Shown piece after piece: positions 18,149 to 28,568 of a stretch of DNA of 64,000 bases; the stretch's first letter is position 1; the number at the start of each line of letters is the position of its first letter. The stretch is from the NCBI GenBank assembly GCA_963816355.1, contig CAWFKH010000002.1, positions 43,454-107,453 of the forward strand, written 5' to 3'. Source of the DNA: an uncultured Gemmatimonadales bacterium (lineage in GTDB: Bacteria; Gemmatimonadota; Gemmatimonadetes; Longimicrobiales; RSA9). A program made the position numbers and the translations under genes. The notes under the pieces are model-generated. The model did not search any database and was not told the DNA's origin. It worked only from the letters and a program-made list of their open reading frames with translations.

Positions 18149-21100
18149 ATGAAACGCCTCATCGCCCTCTGTCTGTTCCTCGTACCCTTGCTGGTTTCGC
18201 CGCGGGCGGCGCACGCGCAGGGCGTGACGACGGGCGCGATCATCGGCACGGTGGTCGGCCCCGACGGCCAGCCGGTCTCGGGAGCGAGCATCATCGCGGT
18301 GCACGTCCCCTCCGGCACGCGCTACGGCACAGTGAGCCGCGACGATGGCCGCTTCGCGATCCCCGGCATGCGCGTCGGCGGCCCGTACACGGTGACCGTC
18401 TCGCACATCGGGTTCGAGGCGACGCCGACGGAGAACGTCTACGTCAACCTCGGCGCTTCGACGGACCTGCGTCTCACGGTGCACGAGCGGGCGGTGGAGC
18501 TCCAGGGGATCACCGTGACGGCGGCCGGCTCGGGGATCCTGAGCTCGGAGCGGACGGGCGCGACGACGACGGTCTCACGCGACGCGATCCAGGTGCTGCC
18601 GACGGTGTCGCAGCGGATCGAGGATTTCGCCCGCCTTACGCCGCAGTACAGCAGCGTCTCGTTCGGCTTCTCCTTCGCCGGACAGGACAACCGCATGAAC
18701 AACATGACGGTGGACGGATCCTACTTCAACAACTCGTTCGGTCTCGCGGGCCAGCCGGGCGACCGCACGGGCGTGGCGCCGATCTCGCTGGAAGCGATCG
18801 AACAGCTGCAGGTCGCCGTGGCGCCCTTCGACGTGCGCCAGGGCAACTTCGTCGGCGCCGGCGTCAACACCGTCACGCGCAGCGGCACCAACGAGCTGCG
18901 CGGCTCCATCTATCGCCAGTTCCGCAACGACGGCTACGTGGGCAAGACCGCGGGCGACAACACGGTCGATCCCGGAACGTTCACCTTCCACAACACCGGC
19001 GGCTGGATCTCGGGGCCGATCATCCGTGACAAGCTCTTCTTCTTCGCGGACTACGAGGACGAGGCGCGCACGGAGCCCGGCACCACCTTCCTCGCGAACG
19101 CCGGCGGACAGGAGGTCGGGGGCAACGTCACGCGCGTGCTCGCCTCCGACCTGGATGCACTGAGCAGCTTCCTGAGCTCGAACTTCAACTACACGACCGG
19201 TCCCTATCAGGGTTACGACTCCGAGACGCCCGCGAAGCGGTTCATCGGCAAGCTGGACTACAACGTGAACGACCGGAACAAGCTGAGCATCCGCTACAAC
19301 CTGCTCAACTCGAAGACGGACGTGCTCGAGTCGAACTCCTCCTCGCTCGGTTTCGGCAGCCGCCGCACGAGCACGCGGAGCCTCAACTTCCAGAACTCGA
19401 ACTACATCATCCTCGAGAACATCCGCTCCGTCGTCGGCGAGTGGAACTCGACGATGGGCCCGAACAAGTCGAACAACCTGATCCTCGGCTACACGTACCA
19501 GGACGAGAGCCGCGAATCACGCGGAACCTTCTTCCCGCTCGTCGACATCCTGCAGGACGGATCCACCTACACCTCGTTCGGCTTCGAGCCGTTCACGCCG
19601 GCGAACCAGCTGCGCTACGGCACCTATCAGCTTCAGGACAATTTCTCGATCTACGGTGACAAGCACACGCTGACCTTCGGCGCATCGGCCGAGCGCTACC
19701 ACTCCGACAACGTCTTCTTCCCGGGGTCGCAGAGCGCCTACGTCTACAACTCGCTCGACGACTTCTACACGGACGCCAACGACTATCTGGCGAACCCGAA
19801 CCGGACGACGTCGCCGGTCACGCTGCGCCGCTTCCAGGTGCGCTGGTCGAACATCCCCGGCCAGACCGAACCGCTGCAGCCGCTCACCGTCTTCTACGGC
19901 GGCCTCTACGCGCAGGACGAGTGGCACGCCACGCGGAACATCAAGCTCACCTTCGGCCTGCGCGCCGACGTGCCCTTCTTCGGCGACACCGGGTTCGACA
20001 ATCCCCAAGCGGACGCGCTCACCTTCCGTGACGAGAACAACAACCCGGTCCAGTACGACACCAAGAAGCTGCCTGACGCGAACATCCTGTGGTCGCCGCG
20101 CATCGGCTTCAACTGGGACGTGAAGGGCGATCGCAGCACGCAGGTCCGCGGCGGCACCGGCATCTTCACCGGGTCGCCGGCGTTCGTCTGGATCTCCAAT
20201 CAGATCGGCAACACCGGCGTGCTGACCGGATTCGAGCGTCTCGACAACACGACGGCACGGCCGTTCAACCCGGACCCGGATCACTACAAGCCGACGAACG
20301 TCACCGGTCAGCCGGCGTCGAGCTACGAGCTGGCGCTCACCGATCCTAACTTCAAGTTCCCGCAGCTCTGGCGCACCGACCTGGCCGTCGACCAGAAGCT
20401 GCCCGGCGGCCTGATCGGAACGGCGGAGTTTCTCTACAACCACGACGTCAACGGCATCTACTACATCAACGCCAACCTGTCCCAGCCGGACGCGACGTTC
20501 AGCGGCGCGGACAACCGGCCGCGCTGGACGAACGGGAACCGCATCAACGACAACGTCGACAACGCGGTCGTGCTGAAGAATCAGGACGTGGGCCATTCGT
20601 GGAACATCTCCGCCTCCCTCGAGAAGCCGTTCTCGAACGGGTTCTTCGTGAAGGGCGGCTTCAGCTACGGCGTCGCCAAGAACACCGTCGATCCGGGCTC
20701 GATCGCCTTCGGCTCGTGGAACAACAACCCGCACCCGGGCAACCCGAACGATCCCGGCGTCGGCTTCTCGCAGTTCTCACCGGGCACCCGCATCTTCGGT
20801 GCGGTCTCCTACCGCGCCAACTGGCTCGACTTCGGCGCCACCACGATCTCCGTCTACGGCGAGGACCGGACGCTCGGCAACGCGAGCTACGTCTACAACG
20901 GCGACCTCAACGGCGACGGCGGCTTCAGCAATGACCTGATCTACATCCCGAAGGACATGTCGGAGATGAACTTCCAGACCTACACGACCGGCGGCCAGAC
21001 CTTCACCGCCGCGCAGCAGGCGCAGGCGTGGGAGAACTACATCGAGCAGGACGACTACCTCAGCTCCCACCGCGGCCAGTACGCGGAGCGCAACGCGGTC

Positions 21101-21415
21101 TTCCTGCCCATGGCGTTCTTCGCCGACATGAGCATCGCGCAGGACCTCTTCACCGACATCTCCGGGAAGCGGAACAGCCTGCAGCTGCGCGCCGACATCC
21201 TGAACGTGACCAACCTGCTCAACCACGACTGGGGCATCGGCAAGCGCTTCGTGAACACCCGACCGCTCATCGCGCGCGGCGCCGACGCCGAAGGCCGCGC
21301 CACGTACCGGCTGACCACCGACGGTGACCAGTTGATCAGCCGCACATTCGAGCCCACGGCGAGCCTCGGAGACGTCTACCGGATCCAGCTCAGCCTGCGC
21401 TACACCTTCAACTGA
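18149..21415 (+). CDS. Oar-like TonB-dependent receptor with N-terminal carboxypeptidase-regulatory-like domain
   Basis: AGGAGG RBS; signal ..AAHAQ; PFDVRQGNFVGAGVNTVTRSGTN plug motif; WSPRIGFNWD; C-terminal LRYTF. Confidence 0.92.
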   Translation: MKRLIALCLFLVPLLVSPRAAHAQGVTTGAIIGTVVGPDGQPVSGASIIAVHVPSGTRYGTVSRDDGRFAIPGMRVGGPYTVTVSHIGFEATPTENVYVNLGASTDLRLTVHERAVELQGITVTAAGSGILSSERTGATTTVSRDAIQVLPTVSQRIEDFARLTPQYSSVSFGFSFAGQDNRMNNMTVDGSYFNNSFGLAGQPGDRTGVAPISLEAIEQLQVAVAPFDVRQGNFVGAGVNTVTRSGTNELRGSIYRQFRNDGYVGKTAGDNTVDPGTFTFHNTGGWISGPIIRDKLFFFADYEDEARTEPGTTFLANAGGQEVGGNVTRVLASDLDALSSFLSSNFNYTTGPYQGYDSETPAKRFIGKLDYNVNDRNKLSIRYNLLNSKTDVLESNSSSLGFGSRRTSTRSLNFQNSNYIILENIRSVVGEWNSTMGPNKSNNLILGYTYQDESRESRGTFFPLVDILQDGSTYTSFGFEPFTPANQLRYGTYQLQDNFSIYGDKHTLTFGASAERYHSDNVFFPGSQSAYVYNSLDDFYTDANDYLANPNRTTSPVTLRRFQVRWSNIPGQTEPLQPLTVFYGGLYAQDEWHATRNIKLTFGLRADVPFFGDTGFDNPQADALTFRDENNNPVQYDTKKLPDANILWSPRIGFNWDVKGDRSTQVRGGTGIFTGSPAFVWISNQIGNTGVLTGFERLDNTTARPFNPDPDHYKPTNVTGQPASSYELALTDPNFKFPQLWRTDLAVDQKLPGGLIGTAEFLYNHDVNGIYYINANLSQPDATFSGADNRPRWTNGNRINDNVDNAVVLKNQDVGHSWNISASLEKPFSNGFFVKGGFSYGVAKNTVDPGSIAFGSWNNNPHPGNPNDPGVGFSQFSPGTRIFGAVSYRANWLDFGATTISVYGEDRTLGNASYVYNGDLNGDGGFSNDLIYIPKDMSEMNFQTYTTGGQTFTAAQQAQAWENYIEQDDYLSSHRGQYAERNAVFLPMAFFADMSIAQDLFTDISGKRNSLQLRADILNVTNLLNHDWGIGKRFVNTRPLIARGADAEGRATYRLTTDGDQLISRTFEPTASLGDVYRIQLSLRYTFN

Positions 21416-21428
21416 GCCCCACCGGCTC

Positions 21429-21480
21429 CCGGAAGGAAGCCCTCCGCCGCCTCGCGCAGCGGAGGGCTTCTCACTTCCGG
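21429..21480 (+). terminator. Stem-loop downstream of the receptor gene
   Basis: CCGGAAG-GAAGCCCTCCGC...GCGGAGGGCTTC-TCA-CTTCCGG; 12-bp perfect inner stem; weak U-tract. Confidence 0.6.
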
Positions 21481-21635
21481 CACGGGTGCCTTGCCAGCCC
21501 GGCCCCGCCATCGCGCGTCCCGTCCCGCGCAGACGAGACCCTTCCGCGCCGCCATGTTGCAGATTATCCTGTCGGGGTTCTCCTGTCACACTCCTCCCCT
21601 TACGAAAGCCCGGCTCGATGCCGATCGGTCGTCCA

Positions 21636-23135
21636 ATGGCCTCACGTCAGCTGCACCGATGTAGGGGGCGAGCCTCGTCGTGTATCCGCGACACGATCTC
21701 CGTCCGCTTCCGCTCGATCCTCGCCCGCACCGACCTCGCCCCACTCAAGTTCCTCGTAGCGTTCGCGCTCGTCACGCTCGGTGCCGCCCCGCTCGCGGCG
21801 CAGTGGTCCGACACGCTGAGATCTCCGCCGATGCTGCGGAACGTCTCCACGAAGCCGGGGGTCATGGAGGTGAGCCTGACCGCGGTGCCCACACGGCTCG
21901 TGCTGCTGCCGGGCGCGGCGCCCACGGAGGCGTTCGCCTACAACGGCACGGTGCCCGGCCCGACGCTCGACGTGTACGAGGGCGACCACGTCGTCGTCCA
22001 TTTCCACAACGAGCTAGCGGAGCCGACGACGATCCACTGGCACGGGCTGCACCTTCCCGCCGGCGCGGACGGCAGCCCCTTCAACCCGGTTCCGCCGGGC
22101 GGCAGCTTCGATTACGTCTTCGACATCCCGCCGGGGACGGCGGGCACCTACTGGTACCACCCGCACCCGGACGGCACGACCACCGAGCAGGTGGCGCACG
22201 GCCTCTTCGGCGCGATGATCGTCCGCAGCCGCCACGACCCCCTGGCGGGCGTTCCGGAGAAGCTGCTGATCCTCTCGGACAACCGGTTCCGCCGCGACGG
22301 TTCGATCGACCTGCCGGATCCCGACTCGCCGCAGGGCCTGATCGACCTCGAGAACGGCCGCGAGGGGAACGTCCTCTTCGTGAACGGGCAGGTGATGCCC
22401 ACGATCCGGATCCGCAGCGGCGAGGTGCAGCGCTGGCGTATCATCGACGCCGCCGCCGCCCGCGTCTACCGCCTCGCGATTCCCGGCCAAAAGCTGCTGC
22501 ACGTGGGCAGCGACGGCGGCCTCTTCGAACACCCGCGGGAGGTGAGCGACATCGTCCTCGCCAACTCGGGGCGGATCGAGCTGCTCGTGCGCGGCGCCGG
22601 GGCGCCCGGCAGTCGGACGACGCTGCAGACGCTGCCGTACGACCGCTACGATCCGCACACGCGGCCCGCGGACTGGAACCGCCCGCGCGATCTGCTGGCG
22701 CTGCGCTACGAGGAAGCGCCGGCCCTCGCCGCCGCGCCTGTTCCGAGCGTACTTCGGCCGGTCCCGCCGCTCGACTCGACGCACGTCGCCGAGCGCCGCG
22801 TCGTCGTCTTCAGCCAGGGGCTGATCGACCACAGGAAGATGGACATGAACCGCATCGACCTCGTTGCCCGTCTCGGCACGACCGAGATCTGGGAGATCGA
22901 CAACGTGGTCGGCATGGACCACCCGTTCCACCTGCACGGCTTCCGCTTCCAGGTGCTCGACCGCGACGGCGTACCCGAGCCGTACCGCAGCTGGAACGAC
23001 ACGGTCAACATCCCGAAGCACGGGTCCGTGCGGATCATCGTCCGTTTCGACGATTTCGCCGGGAAGTGGATGTACCACTGCCATATCCTGGACCATGAGG
23101 ACGCCGGAATGATGGGGATCCTCCAGGTCCGATGA
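21636..23135 (+). CDS. Three-domain multicopper oxidase (laccase/CueO-like)
   Basis: All four Cu motifs: HWHG, WYHPH, HPFHLHG, YHCHILDHEDAGMM. Start uncertain; signal-like LKFLVAFALVTLGAAPLAAQ. Confidence 0.92.
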   Translation: MASRQLHRCRGRASSCIRDTISVRFRSILARTDLAPLKFLVAFALVTLGAAPLAAQWSDTLRSPPMLRNVSTKPGVMEVSLTAVPTRLVLLPGAAPTEAFAYNGTVPGPTLDVYEGDHVVVHFHNELAEPTTIHWHGLHLPAGADGSPFNPVPPGGSFDYVFDIPPGTAGTYWYHPHPDGTTTEQVAHGLFGAMIVRSRHDPLAGVPEKLLILSDNRFRRDGSIDLPDPDSPQGLIDLENGREGNVLFVNGQVMPTIRIRSGEVQRWRIIDAAAARVYRLAIPGQKLLHVGSDGGLFEHPREVSDIVLANSGRIELLVRGAGAPGSRTTLQTLPYDRYDPHTRPADWNRPRDLLALRYEEAPALAAAPVPSVLRPVPPLDSTHVAERRVVVFSQGLIDHRKMDMNRIDLVARLGTTEIWEIDNVVGMDHPFHLHGFRFQVLDRDGVPEPYRSWNDTVNIPKHGSVRIIVRFDDFAGKWMYHCHILDHEDAGMMGILQVR

Positions 23136-23229
23136 CGCTTGTCGGCGCGCTCCGGCGATCGTGTCCCGGCGCGCGATGGTTCCCGCGAGCCAAGGCGTTC
23201 GTTGTCCCCTCGATGGAAAGGAGACGCAC

Positions 23230-24474
23230 ATGATACGCTGGTCGAGCCGAGTCGTCGCCGTTGCGTTACCCGCAGTCCTCGTCGCGTTCGCGCTGCCCCG
23301 GTCCAAGGCGGAGCGGCCCGCGACGCCGCAGCAGCGGACCGAGGCCCAGGATCAGGACCAGATCCGACGCGGCCGCATCCTCGTCATCAACCACGCCTGC
23401 GGCGAGTGCCACGGCGGCGGAGACAACCCCGCCGCCGAGGGATGGCTCGCCGGCTCCACCGGCCCCGCGATGGATTTCGCGATCGGGCCGCCGCCGTGCG
23501 GCCTCGAGCCGGGCGCGACCGGCTGCTTCACGACGCGGCCGCGCAACCTCACGCCGGACAACCTGACCGGGCTCGGCCGCTTCACCGAACGCCAGATCTT
23601 CAACGCGCTCCGCTACGGCCTGCGCCCCGAGGACACACCGGACGTGGAGATCACCTCGACGACGCCCGGAATGGGCAACTTCCCGGAGCACCCGCACTAC
23701 CTGGCACCGCCGATGCCGTGGCCCGGCTGGCGGCACATGGATGACGAGGAGCTGCACGCCATCGCCGCCTACCTCAAGCAGGGCCTGAAGCCGGTGCGCA
23801 ACAAGGTGGCCGACAGTGAGGGGCCGCCCGACTTCTGGGCCGACGCCTACACGCCCGACGAGATCGGGAGCTATCCCGCGCCCGCGTTCCCCACGGTGAA
23901 CGAGCACGAGCCCGAACACGGCCGCGACCAGGTGCTGCGCGGCCGCCGCCTCGTCCTCGATCACGACTGCGCCGGCTGTCACCGCGGCCCTGACCCGGCG
24001 TCGAAGGGGTGGCTCGCCGGCATCACCGACCCGACGCAGGACTTCGTCATCGGGCCCTGCTTCGTCGATCCGAAGCAGCCGTGCTTCGAAGGCAGGCCGC
24101 GCAACCTGACACCTGACAGCGCGACCGGCACGGGCCGCTTCACCGAGCGCCAGATCTTCAACGCGCTCCGCTACGGCCTGCGGCCGGAGGACACGCCGGA
24201 CGTCGAGATCACCTCCACGACCCCGGGAGAGGGCAACTACCCCGCCGAGCCGCACTACCTCGGACCGTTCATGCCGTGGGCGTCCTGGCGCTTCATGTCC
24301 GACGATGAGCTGCACGCGATCGCCGCCTACCTGAAGCGCGGCCTCAAGCCGGTCAGCAACAAGGTCGCCGACAGCTTCACCCCGCCCGACTTCTGGGCGG
24401 CCTACGTCAAGGAGAACGTCCCGCCCTATCCGCCGGCGCCGTTCCCGACGGCGAACGAAGTCGGCGGCAAGTAA
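23230..24474 (+). CDS. Dihaem cytochrome c built from two tandem homologous domains
   Basis: Signal peptide; CGECH and CAGCH; each half has NLTPD..TG.G, MPW (likely axial Met) and ELHAIAAYLK. Confidence 0.85.
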   Translation: MIRWSSRVVAVALPAVLVAFALPRSKAERPATPQQRTEAQDQDQIRRGRILVINHACGECHGGGDNPAAEGWLAGSTGPAMDFAIGPPPCGLEPGATGCFTTRPRNLTPDNLTGLGRFTERQIFNALRYGLRPEDTPDVEITSTTPGMGNFPEHPHYLAPPMPWPGWRHMDDEELHAIAAYLKQGLKPVRNKVADSEGPPDFWADAYTPDEIGSYPAPAFPTVNEHEPEHGRDQVLRGRRLVLDHDCAGCHRGPDPASKGWLAGITDPTQDFVIGPCFVDPKQPCFEGRPRNLTPDSATGTGRFTERQIFNALRYGLRPEDTPDVEITSTTPGEGNYPAEPHYLGPFMPWASWRFMSDDELHAIAAYLKRGLKPVSNKVADSFTPPDFWAAYVKENVPPYPPAPFPTANEVGGK

Positions 24475-24582
24475 CGGCGCGCCGTCGCACTTCAGCGCTG
24501 CACCGCTTCGCGGGGCCCGGGACGCTCCCGGGCTCCGCTCCACCTGCCGGTTCCACGCCCATCACCGAGGGCCGAGCTGACG

Positions 24583-25602
24583 CTAGACTGAGTCCTCGTC
24601 CAGCATGGCGAGGGCCTCGCCGATCACCGCCTCGGGCTCGAGCCGGTCGAGGCCGCCACGCGCATCGTGGCGCGCGCCCCGGGATGGAGCAGGCGCCTCC
24701 ACGAAGCGGTGCCCGGACGGCGCCGACGGGTCCGTCCAGTCCGCGCCGTAGCCGGCGCGCGCCACGCTCAGCGTGCGCACGCCCGCGGCGACCGCGACGT
24801 GGCGAGGACCGCCGTCGTGCCCCACCCACAGCTCCGCGCGGGCGTAGAGCGCGCCGAGGCGCTGCGGCGACGTGGCGCCGAGGATCGCCGCGGGCGGCCG
24901 CCGCATCGCCGCCGCGACCGCCGCCGCCTGCTCCGCCTCGCCCGGTCCGTGCGTGAGCACGACGGTCCGCCCCGCCTCGGCCACGGCGTCCGCGACGCGC
25001 GCCCACCGCGCCGCGCCCCACTGCTTCGCCGCGTCGCGCGCGACCGCCGAGATCGCGACGAGGGGCGCACCGGCGTCGAGGCCGTGGCGCTGCCATTCGG
25101 CGGCGGCCCACGCGCGGTCGCCGTCCTCGATCCGGAGGTCGAGCGAGGTGTCCGGATCGCTGCCCGGCTCGACCCCGAGCGGCGCGAGCATGTCGATGTA
25201 GCGGAGCGCGGCGTAGCGGCGCACGTCGCCGCGCCGTGGCGTCAGATCGGTGTAGGCGCGCGTGCGGGGACCGCGTCCTTCCGTGCCGATGCGGCGGTCC
25301 GCGCGGCTGGCGCGCACGACCCATGCGCTGCCCGGTGTCGAATGGAAGTCGATCACGGTATCGTAGGCGCGCGCCCGCACGGAGCGCAGCAGTCGCAGCA
25401 CGCGTAACGCGCCATCCCGGTAGGTCAGCCGCTCGTCCACGTTGGCGTTTCCGGCGAGCACCGCGAGCCCGATGGCGCGGCTCAGGTAGTCGATGCGGGC
25501 GGCGGGGAAGGCGGCTCGGAGCAGGCGGAGCGCGGGCGTCGTCAGGAGGACGTCGCCCATGTGGTGCAACCGGATCAGGAGGATGCTGTGAGGCGCGGCC
25601 AT
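24583..25602 (-). CDS. Glycosyltransferase family 9 (heptosyltransferase-like)
   Basis: ILLIRLHHMGDVLLTTP.LR.LR.AFP; KQW; GHDGGPRHVAVA.G. Confidence 0.88.
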   Translation of the reverse strand: MAAPHSILLIRLHHMGDVLLTTPALRLLRAAFPAARIDYLSRAIGLAVLAGNANVDERLTYRDGALRVLRLLRSVRARAYDTVIDFHSTPGSAWVVRASRADRRIGTEGRGPRTRAYTDLTPRRGDVRRYAALRYIDMLAPLGVEPGSDPDTSLDLRIEDGDRAWAAAEWQRHGLDAGAPLVAISAVARDAAKQWGAARWARVADAVAEAGRTVVLTHGPGEAEQAAAVAAAMRRPPAAILGATSPQRLGALYARAELWVGHDGGPRHVAVAAGVRTLSVARAGYGADWTDPSAPSGHRFVEAPAPSRGARHDARGGLDRLEPEAVIGEALAMLDEDSV

Positions 25603-25644
25603 GGGCGGGCGAAGCTAGGTGCGGCGCGGAACACCGTCAACGGC

Positions 25645-27687
25645 ATGGCACCGGCGCTCGGCACGCTGCTCGCCGCGCTCCCGCTCGCGTTCGCCGGCGG
25701 CCTCTGCGCGCAGGAGCCGGAGCCGTTCCGGCTCGGAGAGATCGTCGTCTCGGTCGACCGTCCGGTGAGCGAGGACGTTGCGACGACGCGCGTCCTGTCC
25801 GCGCAGGAGATCCGGGACTCCGGCGCGCGCACGCTCGACGAGGCGCTCGCGCTGCTCCCCGGAATGAACGTGCGTACCGGCGGCCAGGGCATCCCGCGGC
25901 TCGACTACCGCGGCTTCCGGCCGCGCCACGTGCTCGTGCTGCTCGACGGCATCCCGTTCAACGCCACGGCGGACGGGCAGGCGGACCCGTCGCTGATCCC
26001 GCTCGAGAACATCGCGGAGATCAAGGTCACGTCCGGCACGGGGTCGGTGCTCTACGGCGAGGGGGGCCTCGGCGGCGTCATCGACATCGTCACCCGCCGC
26101 GTCGCGGGGCGGCCGTCCGGCGAGGCTCGCGTGGAAGCGGGCAGCGGCGCGAGCCGTCTCGTATCCGCATCGGCCGCCGCAGGAGGCGCGCGCGTGTCGG
26201 GGCTCCTCGGCGCGAGCTTTCATCGCGCGGGAGCGTATCCGTCGGTGGCGACGTCGCCGACCGTCGAGCCCGGCGGCGCGCGGGTCCCGCGCAGCGACAG
26301 CGACCGGCGCCGCGCCAACCTGCTCGCGCAGATCGAGGCGGCGCCGTCGCGTCGCGTCGACCTGGGTCTCGTGGCGACGCACGTGGAGGGCGCGTACGGC
26401 ATCCCGCCGAGCGTCGTGGACGATCCGGCGGACCCGTTCGCGCGCCGCCCCACGTACGACCGCGTGGACGGCATACGCGGCGACGCGGCGCAGCTCGCCG
26501 GCTCCTGGGATCCGGCCGGTCCGCTGCGCGTGCGGTCGTGGGCGTACCTCAACCGCTACAGCGAGCATCCCGCCCGCTTCGACGACTCGACCTACAGCTC
26601 GATGGAGGACCCGCACGTCCGCGGCACGTTCAGCGAGCGCAGCCGCACGACGACGGGCGGCGGCGAGGTCCAGGTCGAGCTCGCGCCGGGGCGCGCCGGG
26701 CGACTCACCCTGGGCCTCGGCGCGGCGCGCGACGCCTGGTCCCTCGACGGCCGCATCCGCGACGTCCCCACCGGCGGCGGCTCGAGCGGCGGACGCAACA
26801 CCCTCTTCGACGTCCGCGACGTCGCGGAGGCCCACGACGTCGGCCGGCGCGGCGTGGCGCTCGAGTACGAATGGCGCGGCGGCGACGCCTCCGGCGCGAC
26901 GGTCGGCTGGGCGCGTCACTGGATGAGCCGCGACTCCGCCGCGACCGGCCACGCCGACGCGGTGGTCGCCGGCGCCTACCATGATTTCGGCGCCGTCCGG
27001 CTGCGCGCCTCCGCGGGCCGCCGCTTCCACTTCCCGACGCTGCAGCAGCTCTACGACCTCGACGGCGGCGACCCTTCGCTCCGCACCGAGACCGCCGCCA
27101 TCTACGAGGTGGGCGTCCAGCGTGCGCTGCCGGCGCGAGCGAGCGTCGGACTCACGCTCTTCCGGCAGGACGTGCACGACTTCATCCAGCGCGCCGAGCG
27201 CGGCGGACCGTTCGAGAGCTTCGCGCGCTACCGATTCGATGGCGCGGAGCTGACGGGGGAGGTGCGGCCGTTCCCGCGCCTCCGCCTGGGGGGCGCCTTC
27301 ACCTTCCTGCACACCGCCGACCGCTCACCCGGTGCCGACGGCGAAGCGCTCCAGTACCGGCCGCGTCGTCGCCTCGCCCTCCAGGCGCTGTTCCGCGCGC
27401 CCGCCGGGCTCGCTGCCCATGCATCGCTCCGGCGCGTCTCCGACCAGCGCTTCGACTCGCGCACCACGCCCGTCCAACGGCGGGCGCTGCCGGCGTACAC
27501 GATCGTGGATCTGCGCCTGTCCTGGCGTCCCGCGGCCTCTCGCGGCGGCACCGGCGCGGATGCCGCCCTTCGCGGTCCCGAGCTCTACCTGGCGGCCGAC
27601 AACCTCTTCGACACCGCCTATGAGGAGGAGTACGGCAATCCGCAGCCGACCCGGCTGCTGCACGCCGGCGTCGCGTGGCGCTGGTGA
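25645..27687 (+). CDS. TonB-dependent receptor, BtuB/CirA size class
   Basis: Signal ..LCAQ; TonB-box-like EIVVS; plug LLDGIP..IPLENIAEIKV..GSVLYG.GGLGGVIDIVT; DNLFD..Y; C-terminal W. Confidence 0.9.
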   Translation: MAPALGTLLAALPLAFAGGLCAQEPEPFRLGEIVVSVDRPVSEDVATTRVLSAQEIRDSGARTLDEALALLPGMNVRTGGQGIPRLDYRGFRPRHVLVLLDGIPFNATADGQADPSLIPLENIAEIKVTSGTGSVLYGEGGLGGVIDIVTRRVAGRPSGEARVEAGSGASRLVSASAAAGGARVSGLLGASFHRAGAYPSVATSPTVEPGGARVPRSDSDRRRANLLAQIEAAPSRRVDLGLVATHVEGAYGIPPSVVDDPADPFARRPTYDRVDGIRGDAAQLAGSWDPAGPLRVRSWAYLNRYSEHPARFDDSTYSSMEDPHVRGTFSERSRTTTGGGEVQVELAPGRAGRLTLGLGAARDAWSLDGRIRDVPTGGGSSGGRNTLFDVRDVAEAHDVGRRGVALEYEWRGGDASGATVGWARHWMSRDSAATGHADAVVAGAYHDFGAVRLRASAGRRFHFPTLQQLYDLDGGDPSLRTETAAIYEVGVQRALPARASVGLTLFRQDVHDFIQRAERGGPFESFARYRFDGAELTGEVRPFPRLRLGGAFTFLHTADRSPGADGEALQYRPRRRLALQALFRAPAGLAAHASLRRVSDQRFDSRTTPVQRRALPAYTIVDLRLSWRPAASRGGTGADAALRGPELYLAADNLFDTAYEEEYGNPQPTRLLHAGVAWRW

Positions 27688-27846
27688 GCGGGCGGGTGCC
27701 GTCGGTGAGCGGGCGGGGTGCCGTCGGTGAGCAGGCCGGGTGCCGTCGGTGAGCAGGCCGGGCGGCGTTCGTGGGCGGGCGGGACGGCGTTCGTGGGCGG
27801 CGGGACGGCGCTGGTGAGCGGGCGGGACAGTGTTGGTGGGCGGGCC
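27683..27846 (+). repeat. Degenerate ~21-22 bp tandem repeat, about 8 units
   Basis: GGTGAGCGGGCGGGTGCCGTC-like units; the first unit contains the receptor's TGA stop. Confidence 0.85.
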
Positions 27847-27896
27847 AACGGATCGCGCGCCCGCGCCTCGCGGCGCGGGCGCGCTCCGTCCTGCGC

Positions 27897-28568
27897 TCAG
27901 GCGTAGGCGTACGCGCGCACCTCGATGTCGTTGTCGATCGAGGTGACGCCGGCCGCGGCCCACGCAGCCCGCTCCGCCGCCTCCTTCTCCGGCCACGAGC
28001 GCACCGTGCCGCGGAGCGTCACCCGACCCCCCACCGCCTCGACCGTGACGTGCTCGGCGTCGAGCTGAGCGACGCGGTGGAATGCCGCCTGGATCTTCTC
28101 CTTCACCTCGACCGGCTTGACGCGAGGCTGGACGGCGATGTTGTTGATCACGCCCCGCACGCCGAGCAGGTCACGCACCGCGTTGTAGCCGGCGCGCTTC
28201 TGGAAATCCCACTCCACGTTGCCCTCCAGGGTGATCCACCCGCTCGCGACGGTCAGCTTGACACGATCCTTCGGCACGGACGCCGACCAGCGGAGCGCCT
28301 GCAGCGCGGATTCGGCGAGCTGTGTGTCGCTCCGCTCGCCATCGCCCCCGTCCAGGCTCACGCGCAGGTCGTTCACCACTGCCTTGACGCCAGGGATCCG
28401 CTTCACGGCCTTCTCCGCCGCACGCAGCTGCATGTACGTCGGAACCGTGCCCTTCATCGTCACGACGCCATCGTGGGTCGTCGTGATCGCGACGCCGGAC
28501 GAGTCCACTGCGGTGTCGTACGCCAGCTCGTCCACCACCTCGCTCTGGAGATGCTCGCTCGTCAACAT
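27897..28568 (-). CDS. Triple BON-domain (OsmY-like) protein
   Basis: Three repeats of G.VTL.G.V....K..A......GV..V.N.(I/L).V; AGGAGG RBS. Confidence 0.92.
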   Translation of the reverse strand: MLTSEHLQSEVVDELAYDTAVDSSGVAITTTHDGVVTMKGTVPTYMQLRAAEKAVKRIPGVKAVVNDLRVSLDGGDGERSDTQLAESALQALRWSASVPKDRVKLTVASGWITLEGNVEWDFQKRAGYNAVRDLLGVRGVINNIAVQPRVKPVEVKEKIQAAFHRVAQLDAEHVTVEAVGGRVTLRGTVRSWPEKEAAERAAWAAAGVTSIDNDIEVRAYAYA

